The notes beneath the pieces were generated by a model, which was not told the origin of the DNA, searched no databases, and saw only the letters and a program-made list of their open reading frames with translations. The position numbers and the translations under genes were made by a program. Of a stretch of DNA of 32,000 nucleotides, positions 7,706-19,003 are shown piece by piece. Within the stretch, counting starts at the first letter, position 1. The number at the start of each line of letters is the position of its first letter. Source of the stretch: Desulfocapsa sulfexigens DSM 10523 (lineage in GTDB: Bacteria > Desulfobacterota > Desulfobulbia > Desulfobulbales > Desulfocapsaceae); NCBI RefSeq assembly GCF_000341395.1, contig NC_020304.1:1200001-1232000 (forward strand), in the 5' to 3' direction.

Positions 7706-8887
7706 ATGAATCAACAACCCGTAATTCTTTGTGTTGATAACGAGCCCATCAATCTTTCACTAATGGAGGCGGTGCTGGCGCCTCAAGGTTTTCTGATCGT
7801 GCTCGCTCAGGATGGGAAGACGGCTTTGGACAGATTGCACAGCGAACGGGTCGATCTGGTGCTGATGGATGTGATGATGCCGGAGATGGATGGTTTTGAG
7901 GTCTGCCGCCGGATCAAAGCCGACAGTGCGACTTGGGCTATTCCTGTACTCTTTGTGTCATCTCTAAATGACTCATCCTTTGAAATCATGGGGCTCGAGC
8001 TGGGGGCAGCTGATTATCTGGTGAAACCCTTTAGTCCTGCCGTGCTTCAGGCACGGGTTAAAACCCAATTGGAGATCAAGGCACACAGTGATCTCTTGGA
8101 GGAACTGGCCGCAGAGCGTGCCCGGCAATTGATCCACGCCGAACGTCTATCCACCCTCGGTACCCTGGCAGCGGGCATTGCCCACGAGATAAACAACCCG
8201 CTTTCCTACATCTTCAGCTATGCCCAGATGTTGCTTACTGATATGCAGAAACTAAAGAGCCTGATGACTTCTCATGGGGTCTCTGAAACTGCGTTGCGGA
8301 GAGCTTGGCAGGATTTTTTGGAACAGGATGCGGAGGCCCCTGTCAACATAGCCGAGGGTGCCAATCGTATCCTGGTCATCATGGAATCCATACGCAAATT
8401 TTCCTGCCAGGGACAGAGGGAAAAGGTTCCGGTCTCCATGGTTGTCTGTATCGAAAACGCCCTTTCCCTCTGTAACAATGCCCTGAAATACCATGTGACC
8501 GTCGACAAGAAGTTGGCGCCTGGCCTGGATCCGGTCATAGCCAATGGCCAGCAATTAGAGCAGGTCTTTGTCAATCTCTTTAAAAATGCCGCTGATGCCA
8601 TGGACGCTAAGAAAAAAGGGACGCTGTCCATTACTCTGGACCAGGCCAACGGGTTTATCCGCTGCACCGTGGAAGACAACGGACCCGGGATTGAGCCGCA
8701 GCAGTTGGAAGCGATCTGGCAACCCTTTTTCACCACTAAAGATGCACAAACGGGAACCGGCCTGGGACTTTCGATCAGCCGGGGTATAATCGAGGAACAT
8801 CAGGGGCGAATCCTGGCTGAGAACCGGGAAGATGTACAAGGGGCACGCTTTGTGGTGGAACTCCCGGTGAGATCGACTAAACAATAA
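7706..8887 (+). CDS. Response-regulator receiver / histidine kinase hybrid
   Basis: REC domain 'VILCVDNEPINLSLMEAVL...VDLVLMDVMMPEMDGFEVCRRI...PVLFVSS...GAADYLVKPFSP'; HisKA 'LSTLGTLAAGIAHEINNPLSYI'; HATPase 'QVFVNLFKNAADAMD...EDNGPGI...GTGLGLSISRGII'. Confidence 0.93.
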   Translation: MNQQPVILCVDNEPINLSLMEAVLAPQGFLIVLAQDGKTALDRLHSERVDLVLMDVMMPEMDGFEVCRRIKADSATWAIPVLFVSSLNDSSFEIMGLELGAADYLVKPFSPAVLQARVKTQLEIKAHSDLLEELAAERARQLIHAERLSTLGTLAAGIAHEINNPLSYIFSYAQMLLTDMQKLKSLMTSHGVSETALRRAWQDFLEQDAEAPVNIAEGANRILVIMESIRKFSCQGQREKVPVSMVVCIENALSLCNNALKYHVTVDKKLAPGLDPVIANGQQLEQVFVNLFKNAADAMDAKKKGTLSITLDQANGFIRCTVEDNGPGIEPQQLEAIWQPFFTTKDAQTGTGLGLSISRGIIEEHQGRILAENREDVQGARFVVELPVRSTKQ

Positions 8888-9146
8888 TAAATCTTGAATA
8901 ATGGTGTTCATGAATTTCTTTGGCGGATTTACCCAGGAATCAACACTCTCCAAAGCAAAACTCACACTGCGGGAATACGACCTGTCAAACCTCGTATATG
9001 ACGCGGTCAGGGCATAAAGTAAAATTTCACAATCCATCCATCATAAGATAATTTATGACTTCATCACGATGCCGCCGCGCTCCAACTTCACGTTCCTGTG
9101 ATATCTGACTGCAATCAAGTTATTATGCCATCAGAAAATATCTGTT

Positions 9147-12100
9147 TTAAACCGCTTCAATCTGCTTTTCATGTGAGTGCTTTTTCAGCATGTAATAGAG
9201 TACAGGCACCGCCATTCGACTCACCAGCAAGGATGCTATCTCACCAAACATAAGCGAAATGGCCAGACCCTGAAAAATTGGATCGGCAAGGATAACCGAG
9301 GCACCAACCATAACAGCAAGAGCGGTCAGTAACATGGGACGAAAACGCACAGCCCCAGCCTCTACAACTGCCTCGGCAAGGGGAAGACCGTGACTGATAC
9401 GAAGCTCAATAAAATCAACCAGAATAATAGAATTTCGCACTACAATTCCGGCACCAGCCATAAAACCTATCATCGATGTGGCGGTAAAGAACGCCCCAAA
9501 GGCCCAGTGAGCTGGTAGAACGCCAATAAGTGAAAAGGGGATGGCAGCCATAACAACAAGGGGCGTATAATAATCCTTAAACCATCCCACCATAAGCATA
9601 TAGATAAGAACCATCACCACACAGAAAGCAAGCCCGAGATCACGAAACACCTCCAGGGTGATATGCCACTCACCATCCCACTTCATGGATGGCTCGACAT
9701 TTGTGAACGGTTGATTCAGGTTATAGACTTCAACTCTGTCACCACTGCCACCAAAGTCGGCGGGGTTGAGCTCGGCAAGCCGTTTGTTCATATCAAGGAT
9801 TGCATAGACCGGACTCTCCACCGTTCCAGCAACATCGCCGGTCACATAAATAACCGGCTTCAAATTCTTACGGTAAATGGGTTGTTCCACCTGCACTTCA
9901 TCAACTCTCACCAGTTCACGCATAGGAACAAGTGGTGCGGAAGGATCCATAGCGGAACGGAGACCGATATTCAACAAGGCCTCGGTGGAGACTCGCATGG
10001 CTCGCGGAAGTTCAAGCACAATACTGATATCCTCCTTGTCGCGGGGCTGATGGAAAATATCAATAGACATCCCCTGCATCCCAATCTGCACTGCACGGGT
10101 GATCTCTCCCGCAGAGATCTGATTTAGGGCTGCCTTTTCCTTGTCAACGGTGAGCACCAGACGACTGCGATCAGCCTCCTGATACCAGTCCACATCAACC
10201 ACTCCTTCCGTGGATTCATAAATATCTTTCACTGCGGCAGCAAGATTTACCCGGTCACTTTCAGTAGGACCATAGATTTCAGACACCAGGGTCTGAAGAA
10301 CCGGAGGACCGGGAGGAACTTCAGCAACAGCCACGGCAGCACCATACTGCTTTGCAATTTCAGCAATTGCCGGGCGCACCCGTACCGCTATATCGTGGCT
10401 CTTCAAGTTTCGTTCATTTTTAGGCAGAAGATTAACCTGAATATCAGCAACCGTTGGCCCCTGACGCATAAAATAATGTCTGACAAGGCCATTAAAATTA
10501 TAGGGAGAAGCCACTCCTGCATACACCTGATAGTTAACCACGGCAGGATCGTGCTTGACCACTTCCGCCATCTCAAGTGCAACCCTGCTTGTCTGCTCAA
10601 GGGTTGAGCCCTCCGGCATATCAAGGATCACCTGAAATTCACTTTTGTTATCAAAAGGCAGCATCTTCACCTTCACCATTCCGAGATACACCATAGAACA
10701 GGCGCCAAGGAGCATGGCTGTAATGATAACAAAAAATACCAACCGAGAAAAACCGCTCGCCAGCAGTGGATCCATCATTCTGTGATAGAACCTGGTGAAG
10801 AAGTCATCTGGAGCATGATCCTCATCAATACCATTTTCCTCAGTTGCACACTCAAGAGAACTGCATTTTTTCCGCAATATACGTATGGAAGCCCAGGGAG
10901 TAACAGTGAATGCAATGATTACCGAGAAAAGCATGGCAGCGGATGCACCAATTGGAATGGGACGCATATAAGGCCCCATAAGCCCACCAACAAAGGCCAT
11001 CGGAAGAATTGCTGCAATAACCGCAAGAGTCGCGAGAATGGTGGGATTTCCAACTTCTATCACCGCTTCCACGGCAATGGTTGTCATTGATTTATCCTTA
11101 CTGCCAGGTAATCGTATGTGACGCACAATATTTTCCACCACCACGATGGCATCATCCACCAGAATACCTATGGAGAAAATCAGAGCAAAAAGAGTAATGC
11201 GATTGAGTGTATAGCCATAGAGATAGAACACCATCAAGGTGAGGGCCAGAGTTGAAGGGATGGCCAACATGACCACCGTGGACTCTCGCCAGCCAAGAAA
11301 AAAGAGGATGAGAACGGCCACACCAAAGACAGCAATTCCCATATGAAGGAGAAGCTCATTGGATTTTTCAGCAGCCGTTTCACCGTAATTCCTGGTCACA
11401 GCAACTGAGATATCAGCTGGAATTAATGTGCCCTTAAGGCTATCCACCTTCTCAAGGACTTCATCCACCACACTCACGGCATTCGACCCGGGTCGTTTGG
11501 CAATGGAGAGGGTGACAGCTGCCTCCTCGGTATGACCATCAGCCGTTCCAAAAAGAACGTAATTATCAGGCTCTTCCGGCCCGTCAAGGATGGTAGCAAC
11601 CTCATCAAGATACACAGGGCTGCCGCCATATACTCCAACAACAATCCGGCCAATCTCCTGACTGTCCTTTAAAAACACCCCTGTCTGCAGGAGTATCTCC
11701 TGATTCATCACAGCCACCTTACCACTGTGACTCTGACGATTGGCCTGCTGCAGAGCGGGGATCAGTTGTGATACCGTGAGATTGCGGGAGGCTAGAAGCA
11801 GTGGGTCAAACTGAACACGAACCTCTCTTCTAGTGCCGCCAATCAAGGTTGTCTCCGCTACGTTATGGATGCTTTTTACAGCATCATCCACTTCCGCAGC
11901 AAGACGACGCAGGGCAAAATGATCATAGGTTTGGGAGTGGAAGGTGAGCGCCAGTATGGGAACATCATCAATAATATGTGGCTTCACAATCGGCGTGGAA
12001 ACACCATGGGGAATGCGATCAAAGTTGGTAGCCAGTTTCTGATTCAGACGAACAATGGAGCTCTCCAGATTTTCACCTACATAAAAACGCACCACCAACA

Positions 12101-12401
12101 GACTCTGGCCAGCCATAGAGGTGGAGTAAATGTACTCCACACCAGGGAGTTCGTAGAGAAGCTTTTCCATGGGAATAGAAACACGCTGTTCCACTTCCTT
12201 GGGGGTGGCCCCCTCCATGGAAACCATGACATCAATCATGGGTACCTTGATCTGCGGTTCCTCTTCACGTGGCAACAGCACCAAAGCCATAAGTCCAAGC
12301 AGCATGGAAGCTAGAATGCCAACAGCCGTCAGTTTGGAATCAACAAAGGCGGCTGCCATTTTTCCGGCAAAACCCGGATGTTCGAATTCCTGGCTTTTCA
12401 T
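9147..12401 (-). CDS. Efflux RND transporter permease subunit (AcrB/MMPL-type)
   Basis: 1084-aa ORF with '[31 protein letters not shown]', '[13 protein letters not shown]', '[21 protein letters not shown]' and a repeated 12-TM architecture. Confidence 0.95.
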   Translation of the reverse strand: MKSQEFEHPGFAGKMAAAFVDSKLTAVGILASMLLGLMALVLLPREEEPQIKVPMIDVMVSMEGATPKEVEQRVSIPMEKLLYELPGVEYIYSTSMAGQSLLVVRFYVGENLESSIVRLNQKLATNFDRIPHGVSTPIVKPHIIDDVPILALTFHSQTYDHFALRRLAAEVDDAVKSIHNVAETTLIGGTRREVRVQFDPLLLASRNLTVSQLIPALQQANRQSHSGKVAVMNQEILLQTGVFLKDSQEIGRIVVGVYGGSPVYLDEVATILDGPEEPDNYVLFGTADGHTEEAAVTLSIAKRPGSNAVSVVDEVLEKVDSLKGTLIPADISVAVTRNYGETAAEKSNELLLHMGIAVFGVAVLILFFLGWRESTVVMLAIPSTLALTLMVFYLYGYTLNRITLFALIFSIGILVDDAIVVVENIVRHIRLPGSKDKSMTTIAVEAVIEVGNPTILATLAVIAAILPMAFVGGLMGPYMRPIPIGASAAMLFSVIIAFTVTPWASIRILRKKCSSLECATEENGIDEDHAPDDFFTRFYHRMMDPLLASGFSRLVFFVIITAMLLGACSMVYLGMVKVKMLPFDNKSEFQVILDMPEGSTLEQTSRVALEMAEVVKHDPAVVNYQVYAGVASPYNFNGLVRHYFMRQGPTVADIQVNLLPKNERNLKSHDIAVRVRPAIAEIAKQYGAAVAVAEVPPGPPVLQTLVSEIYGPTESDRVNLAAAVKDIYESTEGVVDVDWYQEADRSRLVLTVDKEKAALNQISAGEITRAVQIGMQGMSIDIFHQPRDKEDISIVLELPRAMRVSTEALLNIGLRSAMDPSAPLVPMRELVRVDEVQVEQPIYRKNLKPVIYVTGDVAGTVESPVYAILDMNKRLAELNPADFGGSGDRVEVYNLNQPFTNVEPSMKWDGEWHITLEVFRDLGLAFCVVMVLIYMLMVGWFKDYYTPLVVMAAIPFSLIGVLPAHWAFGAFFTATSMIGFMAGAGIVVRNSIILVDFIELRISHGLPLAEAVVEAGAVRFRPMLLTALAVMVGASVILADPIFQGLAISLMFGEIASLLVSRMAVPVLYYMLKKHSHEKQIEAV

Positions 12402-13447
12402 TTGTTCGTAATATCCAAAGGTTGCCCATCCTGCAACTTATCGTTATTTCCAACAACAACCAGATCACCTGGTTCAAGTCCGGATATAATTTCAACCGCA
12501 CCATCATAGACAGCACCGGTTCTTACCAATCGCATACGGGCAATTTTTTCTTTTTTATCAACCACAAAAACAACTTCCATCTGTCCCCTTTGCAAAACAG
12601 CAGATTCAGTGATCATTACAGTTGTTTCCCCGCTTCCCTCAAGACCGATGCGGGCAAACTGCCCCACCCGAAGATCAGGACCGGATGGTATATTAATTTT
12701 CACCGGAGCTGTACGAGACATGGGGTCGGCAGCTGGGGCAACTTCAGCCACCTCACCAATCAGGATAAGATTGGCGGCCGGAATATCAACGGAGAGGCTG
12801 TCCCCCACGGAAACCTTAAGCAGAAGCGCCTCAGGAACCTGTGCTAGAACTTGCAAATCTTCACCATTTTCTATTTGCAGCAACAGTTTTCCCGGAGCTG
12901 CCAGGTCTCCGATGTTTGCTATCTTGTTGGTGATGGTTCCAGAAAAAGGAGCTGTAATTGTAGTATAATCCAACATGGTCCGAGCCTCTTTATAAGCAGC
13001 CTCTGCAATACGGGTAACATCCGTCAGAGTCTTCACCGTTTCCTCGGTGGACGCTCCCTGTTTCTGGAGATTTTTCTCTCGTGCAAGATTACGACGGGCC
13101 TGAGATAGTTGTGCCTCCGCCTGCAGGAGCTTGGCTGAAATTTCACCAGCACTGATTTTAACCAGAATATCTCCCTGCTCTACCCTGGAACCGAGAACAA
13201 CGGGTAGTTCAATGATCTGCCCGGAAATTCGTGATGAAATTGAGGCTCTCTCAACAGCCTCCAGAGTCCCCACAACTTCGATACGGGATCGAACAAGCTC
13301 CTCCCTAACCAGATCCACTTCCACAGCCAGAGTTGCCAGGGGGATAGCCTCTGATTTTGGGTGTTCTTCCTGCCCCTTACACCCGGGAAAAACGAAAATA
13401 CCACAGAGGAGCAGTGCTCCAAACACCGTATTATTCCAGCTCATCAC
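12398..13447 (-). CDS. RND efflux periplasmic adaptor (membrane-fusion lipoprotein)
   Basis: Lipobox-like '[14 protein letters not shown]'; '[29 protein letters not shown]'; overlaps the permease and TolC genes. Confidence 0.92.
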   Translation of the reverse strand: MMSWNNTVFGALLLCGIFVFPGCKGQEEHPKSEAIPLATLAVEVDLVREELVRSRIEVVGTLEAVERASISSRISGQIIELPVVLGSRVEQGDILVKISAGEISAKLLQAEAQLSQARRNLAREKNLQKQGASTEETVKTLTDVTRIAEAAYKEARTMLDYTTITAPFSGTITNKIANIGDLAAPGKLLLQIENGEDLQVLAQVPEALLLKVSVGDSLSVDIPAANLILIGEVAEVAPAADPMSRTAPVKINIPSGPDLRVGQFARIGLEGSGETTVMITESAVLQRGQMEVVFVVDKKEKIARMRLVRTGAVYDGAVEIISGLEPGDLVVVGNNDKLQDGQPLDITNK

Positions 13448-14844
13448 CTGCTCTCTCCTTCCATTGTCATTTCTTCAAACTGCGGTAAACCCATTGCCCT
13501 TCGTAGGTCCGCACTTGCCACTTTGATGTTTCCACGAGCCATGCTCTGCCTGACAAGTGCATCGGTGAGTCGCATCTCGACATCTATAAGATCAGAAGAG
13601 AGAATTACTCCCTCCTTGAATCTACTTCTACTGAGACGTGCACTTTCCTCGGCCTGTTCAACCATTTTTCGCGTTACTTCCAGGCGCTGCACAGCTTGAC
13701 GATAATTGAGATCCGCCTGTTTTATTTCAAGATCCATACTAAGTTCAAGTTTTGTACGTTGCAGGCGAATACTTGAAAGCGCAGCCATGGCTTTTGCCAC
13801 ATCTGCAGAGGTGCGATTACCCTCAAAAAGACGGTAGTTAAGCTTTACCCCTGCCATCCAGGAATCGCCACTTCCATCGATGACATACCCCTTATCGTAC
13901 TGGTAGGATGCAAAACCATCCACAGTGGGAAGATTCCCACCACGAGCAGCCTCCAGACTTGCTATGGCGGCCTCCTCTGCATACTCAAGAATCCGGAGTT
14001 CTGGACGCAGCCTGTAGGAGCGTTCCTTCGGGATTGATTGATTATCCCCCTGGGTTGGATCAATGTTCACGGCACCATCTTTGAGACCCAGCAAGTTGAG
14101 AAATACCTTCTGAGAAAGCTCCAGACCATGTCTTGCAAGAATAAGATCTTCACTGGCACTGGACTCCTGCACTTCGAGATTGAGCAAATCAGCCTTTAAA
14201 AGGTCACCCGCGGCATAACGTGCCCGGGCAACGGCCACAGAGGCACGGATAGCTGCAAGAGATGCATTCCTTGCCGCAAGCGTCTCCTCCGCCTGAGCTA
14301 TGGATTGGAAACTCCGGACCACTTCAAAGGCAAGGCGGGAATGGACTTTTTCGAGCTCTGCACGGGACTGGGCAACTCCAGCCTCAGCCACCTCAACACC
14401 AGCCTGATCACGACCGCCGTTATACAAACGATACTCAAGACCGGCTCTCAGATTCAGATCATCGGTACGTCCAGGATCATTGAAGTCAATGGAAGGGCTG
14501 AATGTGCCCTGATTGAGAATATTACCAAAAGAATACATGGGGTTGTTAGTCTGCCCGTACTGACCCGATATATCCGCACTTGGGTAATAGGCAACCCTTG
14601 CCTGATCGACCACAGCATTGGCCATATTTATCCGCTCCAGTGCGACACGGCTGTCCGGACTGTTGGCAAGCGAAAACGCAACACTGTTTCTGGCAGTCCA
14701 GAGGTCAGGGACAACGGGAGTATCTCCTGAAGCTACCGAAATAACAGGACCCGCAAGGAATAAAAACAACAAGATAGCACTTCCCGGTTTGTTCATAAAA
14801 AAGACTCTCTTATTATAGAAGGATTGAAATCTCTTCAGGTGCAA
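13444..14844 (-). CDS. TolC-family outer membrane efflux protein
   Basis: 466 aa with N-terminal signal and TolC-like repeats ('LTDALVRQSMARGNIKVASADLRRAMG'). Confidence 0.9.
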   Translation of the reverse strand: MHLKRFQSFYNKRVFFMNKPGSAILLFLFLAGPVISVASGDTPVVPDLWTARNSVAFSLANSPDSRVALERINMANAVVDQARVAYYPSADISGQYGQTNNPMYSFGNILNQGTFSPSIDFNDPGRTDDLNLRAGLEYRLYNGGRDQAGVEVAEAGVAQSRAELEKVHSRLAFEVVRSFQSIAQAEETLAARNASLAAIRASVAVARARYAAGDLLKADLLNLEVQESSASEDLILARHGLELSQKVFLNLLGLKDGAVNIDPTQGDNQSIPKERSYRLRPELRILEYAEEAAIASLEAARGGNLPTVDGFASYQYDKGYVIDGSGDSWMAGVKLNYRLFEGNRTSADVAKAMAALSSIRLQRTKLELSMDLEIKQADLNYRQAVQRLEVTRKMVEQAEESARLSRSRFKEGVILSSDLIDVEMRLTDALVRQSMARGNIKVASADLRRAMGLPQFEEMTMEGESR

Positions 14845-14986
14845 AAAGAACGCATCTATTTAACGAAAAACTTAAAGTCTACCCCATGTCACGCCGTAAC
14901 ACAAGAAAGAAAGCGAGAACCTTTCTCCAGTAAAACTACATTTTAGCGGATACGCGATGAAATTTGAAGAGAAAAGAAAGGTGAAC

Positions 14987-15727
14987 TTAAAGGATCTGTT
15001 CCAGGAATTTTTTTGTCCGATCATTTTCGGGAGCATCAAAAAAGTGATCCGGAGCGGCAATTTCAATAATTCTGCCCTCATCCATAAAGACCACCTTATC
15101 TGCGACCTCACGGGCAAACCCCATTTCATGAGTAACCACCACCATGGTCATGCCCTCACGAGCAAGGGTTACCATAACCTCCAACACCTCACCAATCATT
15201 TCAGGGTCCAGTGCCGATGTCGGTTCGTCAAAGAGCATAATTTTAGGGTTCATGGCCAGCGCCCGGGCGATAGCGACACGCTGCTGCTGACCACCTGAGA
15301 GCTGAACTGGATAACTGGCAGCTTTATCAACAAGACCAACCTTATCGAGAAGCTCCATTGCCCTTTTTTCCGCCTGTGGTTTAGGTTCCTTTTTGAGTTT
15401 TATAGGGGCAAGAGTCAGATTATCAAGAACAGTTTTATGACGGAAAAGATTAAAACTCTGGAAAACCATACCAACCTCTTCCCGAATACGATTGATATCA
15501 TTTTGAGGATCACAAAGATCCCGACCATCAACGACGATGGAACCAGAACTAATCTCCTCCAGCTGATTGATGGTTCGCAGGAGAGTGGATTTGCCGGAAC
15601 CGGATGGACCCAGAACCACGACTTTTTGCCCGGTTTCAACTGTAAGGGATACATCAGCAAGAGCCTGAAATGTACCAAAAAACTTATTAACGTTCCGGAT
15701 CGAAATAATGGGATTAGCGGCGTTCAT
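14987..15727 (-). CDS. Amino-acid ABC transporter ATP-binding protein (GlnQ/HisP family)
   Basis: Walker A '[12 protein letters not shown]', signature '[34 protein letters not shown]'. Confidence 0.95.
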   Translation of the reverse strand: MNAANPIISIRNVNKFFGTFQALADVSLTVETGQKVVVLGPSGSGKSTLLRTINQLEEISSGSIVVDGRDLCDPQNDINRIREEVGMVFQSFNLFRHKTVLDNLTLAPIKLKKEPKPQAEKRAMELLDKVGLVDKAASYPVQLSGGQQQRVAIARALAMNPKIMLFDEPTSALDPEMIGEVLEVMVTLAREGMTMVVVTHEMGFAREVADKVVFMDEGRIIEIAAPDHFFDAPENDRTKKFLEQIL

Positions 15728-16499
15728 AATGGCTCAATCGGTTTTCCATATTACTGAGAAGTTTAGAAAGCACCAGGGTAATAAGAAGATAGACCAGGGC
15801 AATCATTGTATAGGTCTCGAAGTATAAAAAGGACTCGGAGGCGAACTCACGGCCACGGCGCAGGATATCAGAAACGGCGAGAATGGATACGAGAGAGGTA
15901 TCCTTTAAAAGGGCGATAAACTCGTTACCGACAGGCGGGAGAATTGTTCGCCACGCCTGGGGCAAAATGACATAGCGCATGGTTTGTGAGCGGTTAAAAC
16001 CCAAAGAGAGGGAGGCTTCTGTCTGTCCATCATCAATAGAATTAATACCTGCCCTGAACACCTCCCCCATGTATGCACCATAACAAAATCCCATGGCAAT
16101 AATCGCCGCCACCAGGTCCGGAACCCGGACCAGATGACCAAGGGCAAAGTAAATATAGAAGAGCTGAACAAGGAGTGGAATGCCACGCACTACTTCAATA
16201 TAAGTGGAAGCTGCGAGATTAAAAAACCTGTTTTTTGATATGCGGCCAAGTCCTGCAATAAGCCCGAGAACAAGGGCAAGTGCGATTGAGGCACAGGTTA
16301 CCTTGAAGGTTATCACAATACCATCCGGCAGGTATTTCAGGATAGCAAGATAAGGATCTGGTTTGGTTATCACAAGGAAGGCCATAATGGCCAAAGTCCC
16401 GAAAAACGATATCCGCCAGGCCGTAAACAGGCCAATGTCTTCGGGGTCAGGAATAGCAGCTCCATCACCAACATCAATAACTACTTTTTTTTCTCTCAT
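15714..16499 (-). CDS. Amino-acid ABC transporter permease
   Basis: '[23 protein letters not shown]...[65 protein letters not shown]'. Confidence 0.95.
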   Translation of the reverse strand: MREKKVVIDVGDGAAIPDPEDIGLFTAWRISFFGTLAIMAFLVITKPDPYLAILKYLPDGIVITFKVTCASIALALVLGLIAGLGRISKNRFFNLAASTYIEVVRGIPLLVQLFYIYFALGHLVRVPDLVAAIIAMGFCYGAYMGEVFRAGINSIDDGQTEASLSLGFNRSQTMRYVILPQAWRTILPPVGNEFIALLKDTSLVSILAVSDILRRGREFASESFLYFETYTMIALVYLLITLVLSKLLSNMENRLSHYERR

Positions 16500-16536
16500 C
16501 GCACTTTCTATTCAACGGATACTCTTAAAATGAAAA

Positions 16537-16572
16537 ATCCGAGCTATTCTTCATAAGAAGAACAGCTCGGAT
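16537..16572 (-). terminator. Hairpin between substrate-binding-protein gene and permease gene (partial terminator/attenuator or mRNA stabiliser)
   Basis: ATCCGAGCT.TTCTTC-ATAA-GAAGAA.AGCTCGGAT stem followed by T-run on the minus strand. Confidence 0.65.
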
Positions 16573-16630
16573 AAAAAAAACAAATCAGATGGTTTCAGAG
16601 AGCACAAGAGCCACCTGAAACAATTCTAAA

Positions 16631-17365
16631 TTATTGACCTATCCATTTTTGCTGTAATTCCTGGACATAGGGAGTTTTAGCAACATCCTCAATCCCCTTA
16701 CTTACAAGATCAAGAACCTCTTTATTTCCTTTTTTCACGGCAATTCCGTAAAACTCAACCTCTCCGGTCTCGATTGTAGAAGCAATTTTCAAACTTCCCT
16801 TGTACTTGTCCATTGCGTAATTTGCAGCAACAGGATCATCACAGACAACGGCAGATATACGACCCACATTCAGATCTTCCATGGCAAGGCCAACCTCATC
16901 GTATGATTTTGCCTCAACACCATCGGCTGCCTTAATGGCAAAATACCCGGTGGTACCAATCTGGGCACCAACTTTTTGTCCTTTGAGATCCTCAAAGCTT
17001 TTTGCGTTAGAGTCTGCTGGAACAATCAGAGCCTGGCGCACCTTAAAGTAGGGAGTGGAAAAATCCATGGTCTCTTGACGTTTCTCGGTGATGGAAACAG
17101 AAGAACAGATCGCGTCATACTTTCCAGTGGCAAGGCCCGCAAAAATCCCATCCCATGCAACATTTTTAAATACTGGAGTAAACCCAGCCGCCTTTGCTGC
17201 TGCTGTCATATAGTCTATAGAGTATCCGACAATCTGTTTGTCACTATCCATGAATTCCATCGGAGGCCAGGTTGCATCAACTGCAAAAATAATGGTTTTC
17301 TGTGCCATTGCCGTGCTGGCTACACACAAAAACAAAGCCAGAGTCAGTATTATTTTTTTTGCCAT
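16631..17365 (-). CDS. Amino-acid ABC transporter substrate-binding protein
   Basis: Signal peptide plus 'IIFAVDATWPPMEFMDSDKQIVGYSIDYMTAAAKAAG...GKYDAICSSVSITEKRQETMDFSTPYF'. Confidence 0.93.
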   Translation of the reverse strand: MAKKIILTLALFLCVASTAMAQKTIIFAVDATWPPMEFMDSDKQIVGYSIDYMTAAAKAAGFTPVFKNVAWDGIFAGLATGKYDAICSSVSITEKRQETMDFSTPYFKVRQALIVPADSNAKSFEDLKGQKVGAQIGTTGYFAIKAADGVEAKSYDEVGLAMEDLNVGRISAVVCDDPVAANYAMDKYKGSLKIASTIETGEVEFYGIAVKKGNKEVLDLVSKGIEDVAKTPYVQELQQKWIGQ

Positions 17366-17590
17366 TTTCTTCTCCCTGTAAAATTAAATAACATGTGGCA
17401 GAAATCCTCCGCCTAATTCGGACTTAGACTGAAATAAAAATCGATACCACGATCATTCTCCAGTGGCAAGACAATTATCTGTAAGTTGTGGCAGAGGTGG
17501 AAATTTCTTGACCTCTTTTCTTTTACGACTAGAATGTAAGCCAGTAGAGACACAACTATTTTCTCCATCCAAAATCTTTATTTTTTCGAA

Positions 17591-18220
17591 ATGAGGCATT
17601 TTATGAATCCAATGGCTAAATCAGCTTTTATCACCACCGCCCTTTTCTGTTCGATTGTGATGCTGAGCTCGTGCAGTAAAAAAAGCGTTATCCCACCAGA
17701 AGGATCGCCGGCTGATGGAACTGCGATGTCCGGCGGAACCAATATTGACTATCCTGCTGCTGACCAATATGCAGAAACTGGCCTGGCCGGGGAAGAACCA
17801 ATAAACTCAACAGGAAGCGGAGGACTATCTTTCAACGATGGCTCTGACCAGCAATCAGAAGAATACCGCAGAACCTATGGTCGTTCTTCAACAGTATTCA
17901 GCCCTATCTATTTTGATTTTGATCAGGCTGGAATTAACACAAAAATGGCCCCCATTCTCAACGCTAACGCAAATTACATGAAGGACAACCCCGGTATTAT
18001 TATCGTTATTGAAGGAAATTCTGACGAACGAGGAACCAATGAATACAACCTGGCACTTGCTGAGCGCCGCGCCATTAACGCTAAAGAATATATGGTAAAC
18101 CTTGGTGTTAATCCAGCTCGTATCCGTACAGTAAGCTATGGTGAAGAGCGTCAGCTTTTCCTAGGCCAAAACGAACAGGACTGGGCTCAAAACAGACGTG
18201 CTGATTTTATTGTAGAATAA
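17591..18220 (+). CDS. pal: Peptidoglycan-associated lipoprotein, OmpA family
   Basis: Lipobox 'IVMLSSCSKK' and Pal-type OmpA domain 'IVIEGNSDERGTNEYNLALAERRAINAKEYMVNLGV...ISYGEE'-like sequence; true start may be the internal Met at +5. Confidence 0.88.
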   Translation: MRHFMNPMAKSAFITTALFCSIVMLSSCSKKSVIPPEGSPADGTAMSGGTNIDYPAADQYAETGLAGEEPINSTGSGGLSFNDGSDQQSEEYRRTYGRSSTVFSPIYFDFDQAGINTKMAPILNANANYMKDNPGIIIVIEGNSDERGTNEYNLALAERRAINAKEYMVNLGVNPARIRTVSYGEERQLFLGQNEQDWAQNRRADFIVE

Positions 18221-18249
18221 GTACGCAGCGGTACTGAAAACAAAAAAAA

Positions 18250-18277
18250 GGGATTGGAAAATAAACTTTCCAATCCC
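18250..18277. terminator. Bidirectional intrinsic terminator between convergent pal and cmk
   Basis: AAAAAAAGGGATTGGAAA-ATAAAC-TTTCCAATCCCTTTTTTT. Confidence 0.9.
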
Positions 18278-18304
18278 TTTTTTTTATTGTAGTATCGCGC
18301 CCCC

Positions 18305-19003
18305 CTAAACTGAATGACGAGAGATCTCCCTAAGCATGGCTTCCACCACCCCGTCAATAGTCAAAACACCCGTGTCAATGGTGTGCGCGTCCTCCGCCTT
18401 GCACAGGGGAGCAATTGTTCGGTTCTGATCGTCGTGGTCACGTTTCACAATCATCGCTAGCAGTTTTTCCTCATCCACCTGTTTTCCCTGGAGACGAAGC
18501 TGGTCTGCCCGTCTCTGCATTCGTATTTCAGGCGCAGCATCAAGATAAAACTTCCAGGCAGCATTTGGAAAGACGACTGTTCCGATGTCCCGCCCCTCGG
18601 CAACGATCCTCCCCTTTTTACCTATTTCCTGCTGCATAACCGTAAGTTTTTGACGAACAGCTGGTATAGCAGAAACGGCGGAGGCAACCATGGCCATTTC
18701 AGGACTTCGAATTTCCTGACTTACATCATCTCCATCCAGCAACACCCCCACATCTTCACTCCCCTGATTGGCAGGCAACAGTTGCAAAGAAACATTCATC
18801 AGACTCTCACGAACAGCACCCTCATCTCCCAGATCGATGTTATCGTTTTTCAGCTTTAACCCAACAGCCCTATACATGGCGCCAGTATCAAGATAGGTAA
18901 AAGAGAGACTGGAGGCAATCCTGCGACTGATGGTGGACTTCCCCACCCCGGAGGGACCATCAATGGTGACAACTTCCTGTTTGTGACTAGGAAACATAAC
19001 CAA
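18305..19003 (-). CDS. cmk: Cytidylate kinase
   Basis: 'VVTIDGPSGVGKSTISRRIASSLSFTYLDTGAMYRAVGL', 'AEGRDIGTVVFPNAAWKFYLDA'. Confidence 0.95.
   Translation of the reverse strand: MVMFPSHKQEVVTIDGPSGVGKSTISRRIASSLSFTYLDTGAMYRAVGLKLKNDNIDLGDEGAVRESLMNVSLQLLPANQGSEDVGVLLDGDDVSQEIRSPEMAMVASAVSAIPAVRQKLTVMQQEIGKKGRIVAEGRDIGTVVFPNAAWKFYLDAAPEIRMQRRADQLRLQGKQVDEEKLLAMIVKRDHDDQNRTIAPLCKAEDAHTIDTGVLTIDGVVEAMLREISRHSV

Noticed and set aside
8555-9037. 160-aa minus-strand ORF antisense to the histidine kinase
   Set aside because: Lies largely opposite the conserved HATPase coding region; translation has no domain signature.
9663-12411. Several plus-strand ORFs antisense to the RND permease (9663..10127, 11865..12314, 12169..12411)
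   Set aside because: Typical shadow ORFs opposite a clearly conserved long gene.
12422-13526. Plus-strand ORFs opposite the RND adaptor gene
   Set aside because: Shadow ORFs without motifs; the minus-strand adaptor explains the sequence.
16976-17416. 146-aa ORF antisense to the ABC substrate-binding protein
   Set aside because: Antisense shadow of a strongly recognised coding region.
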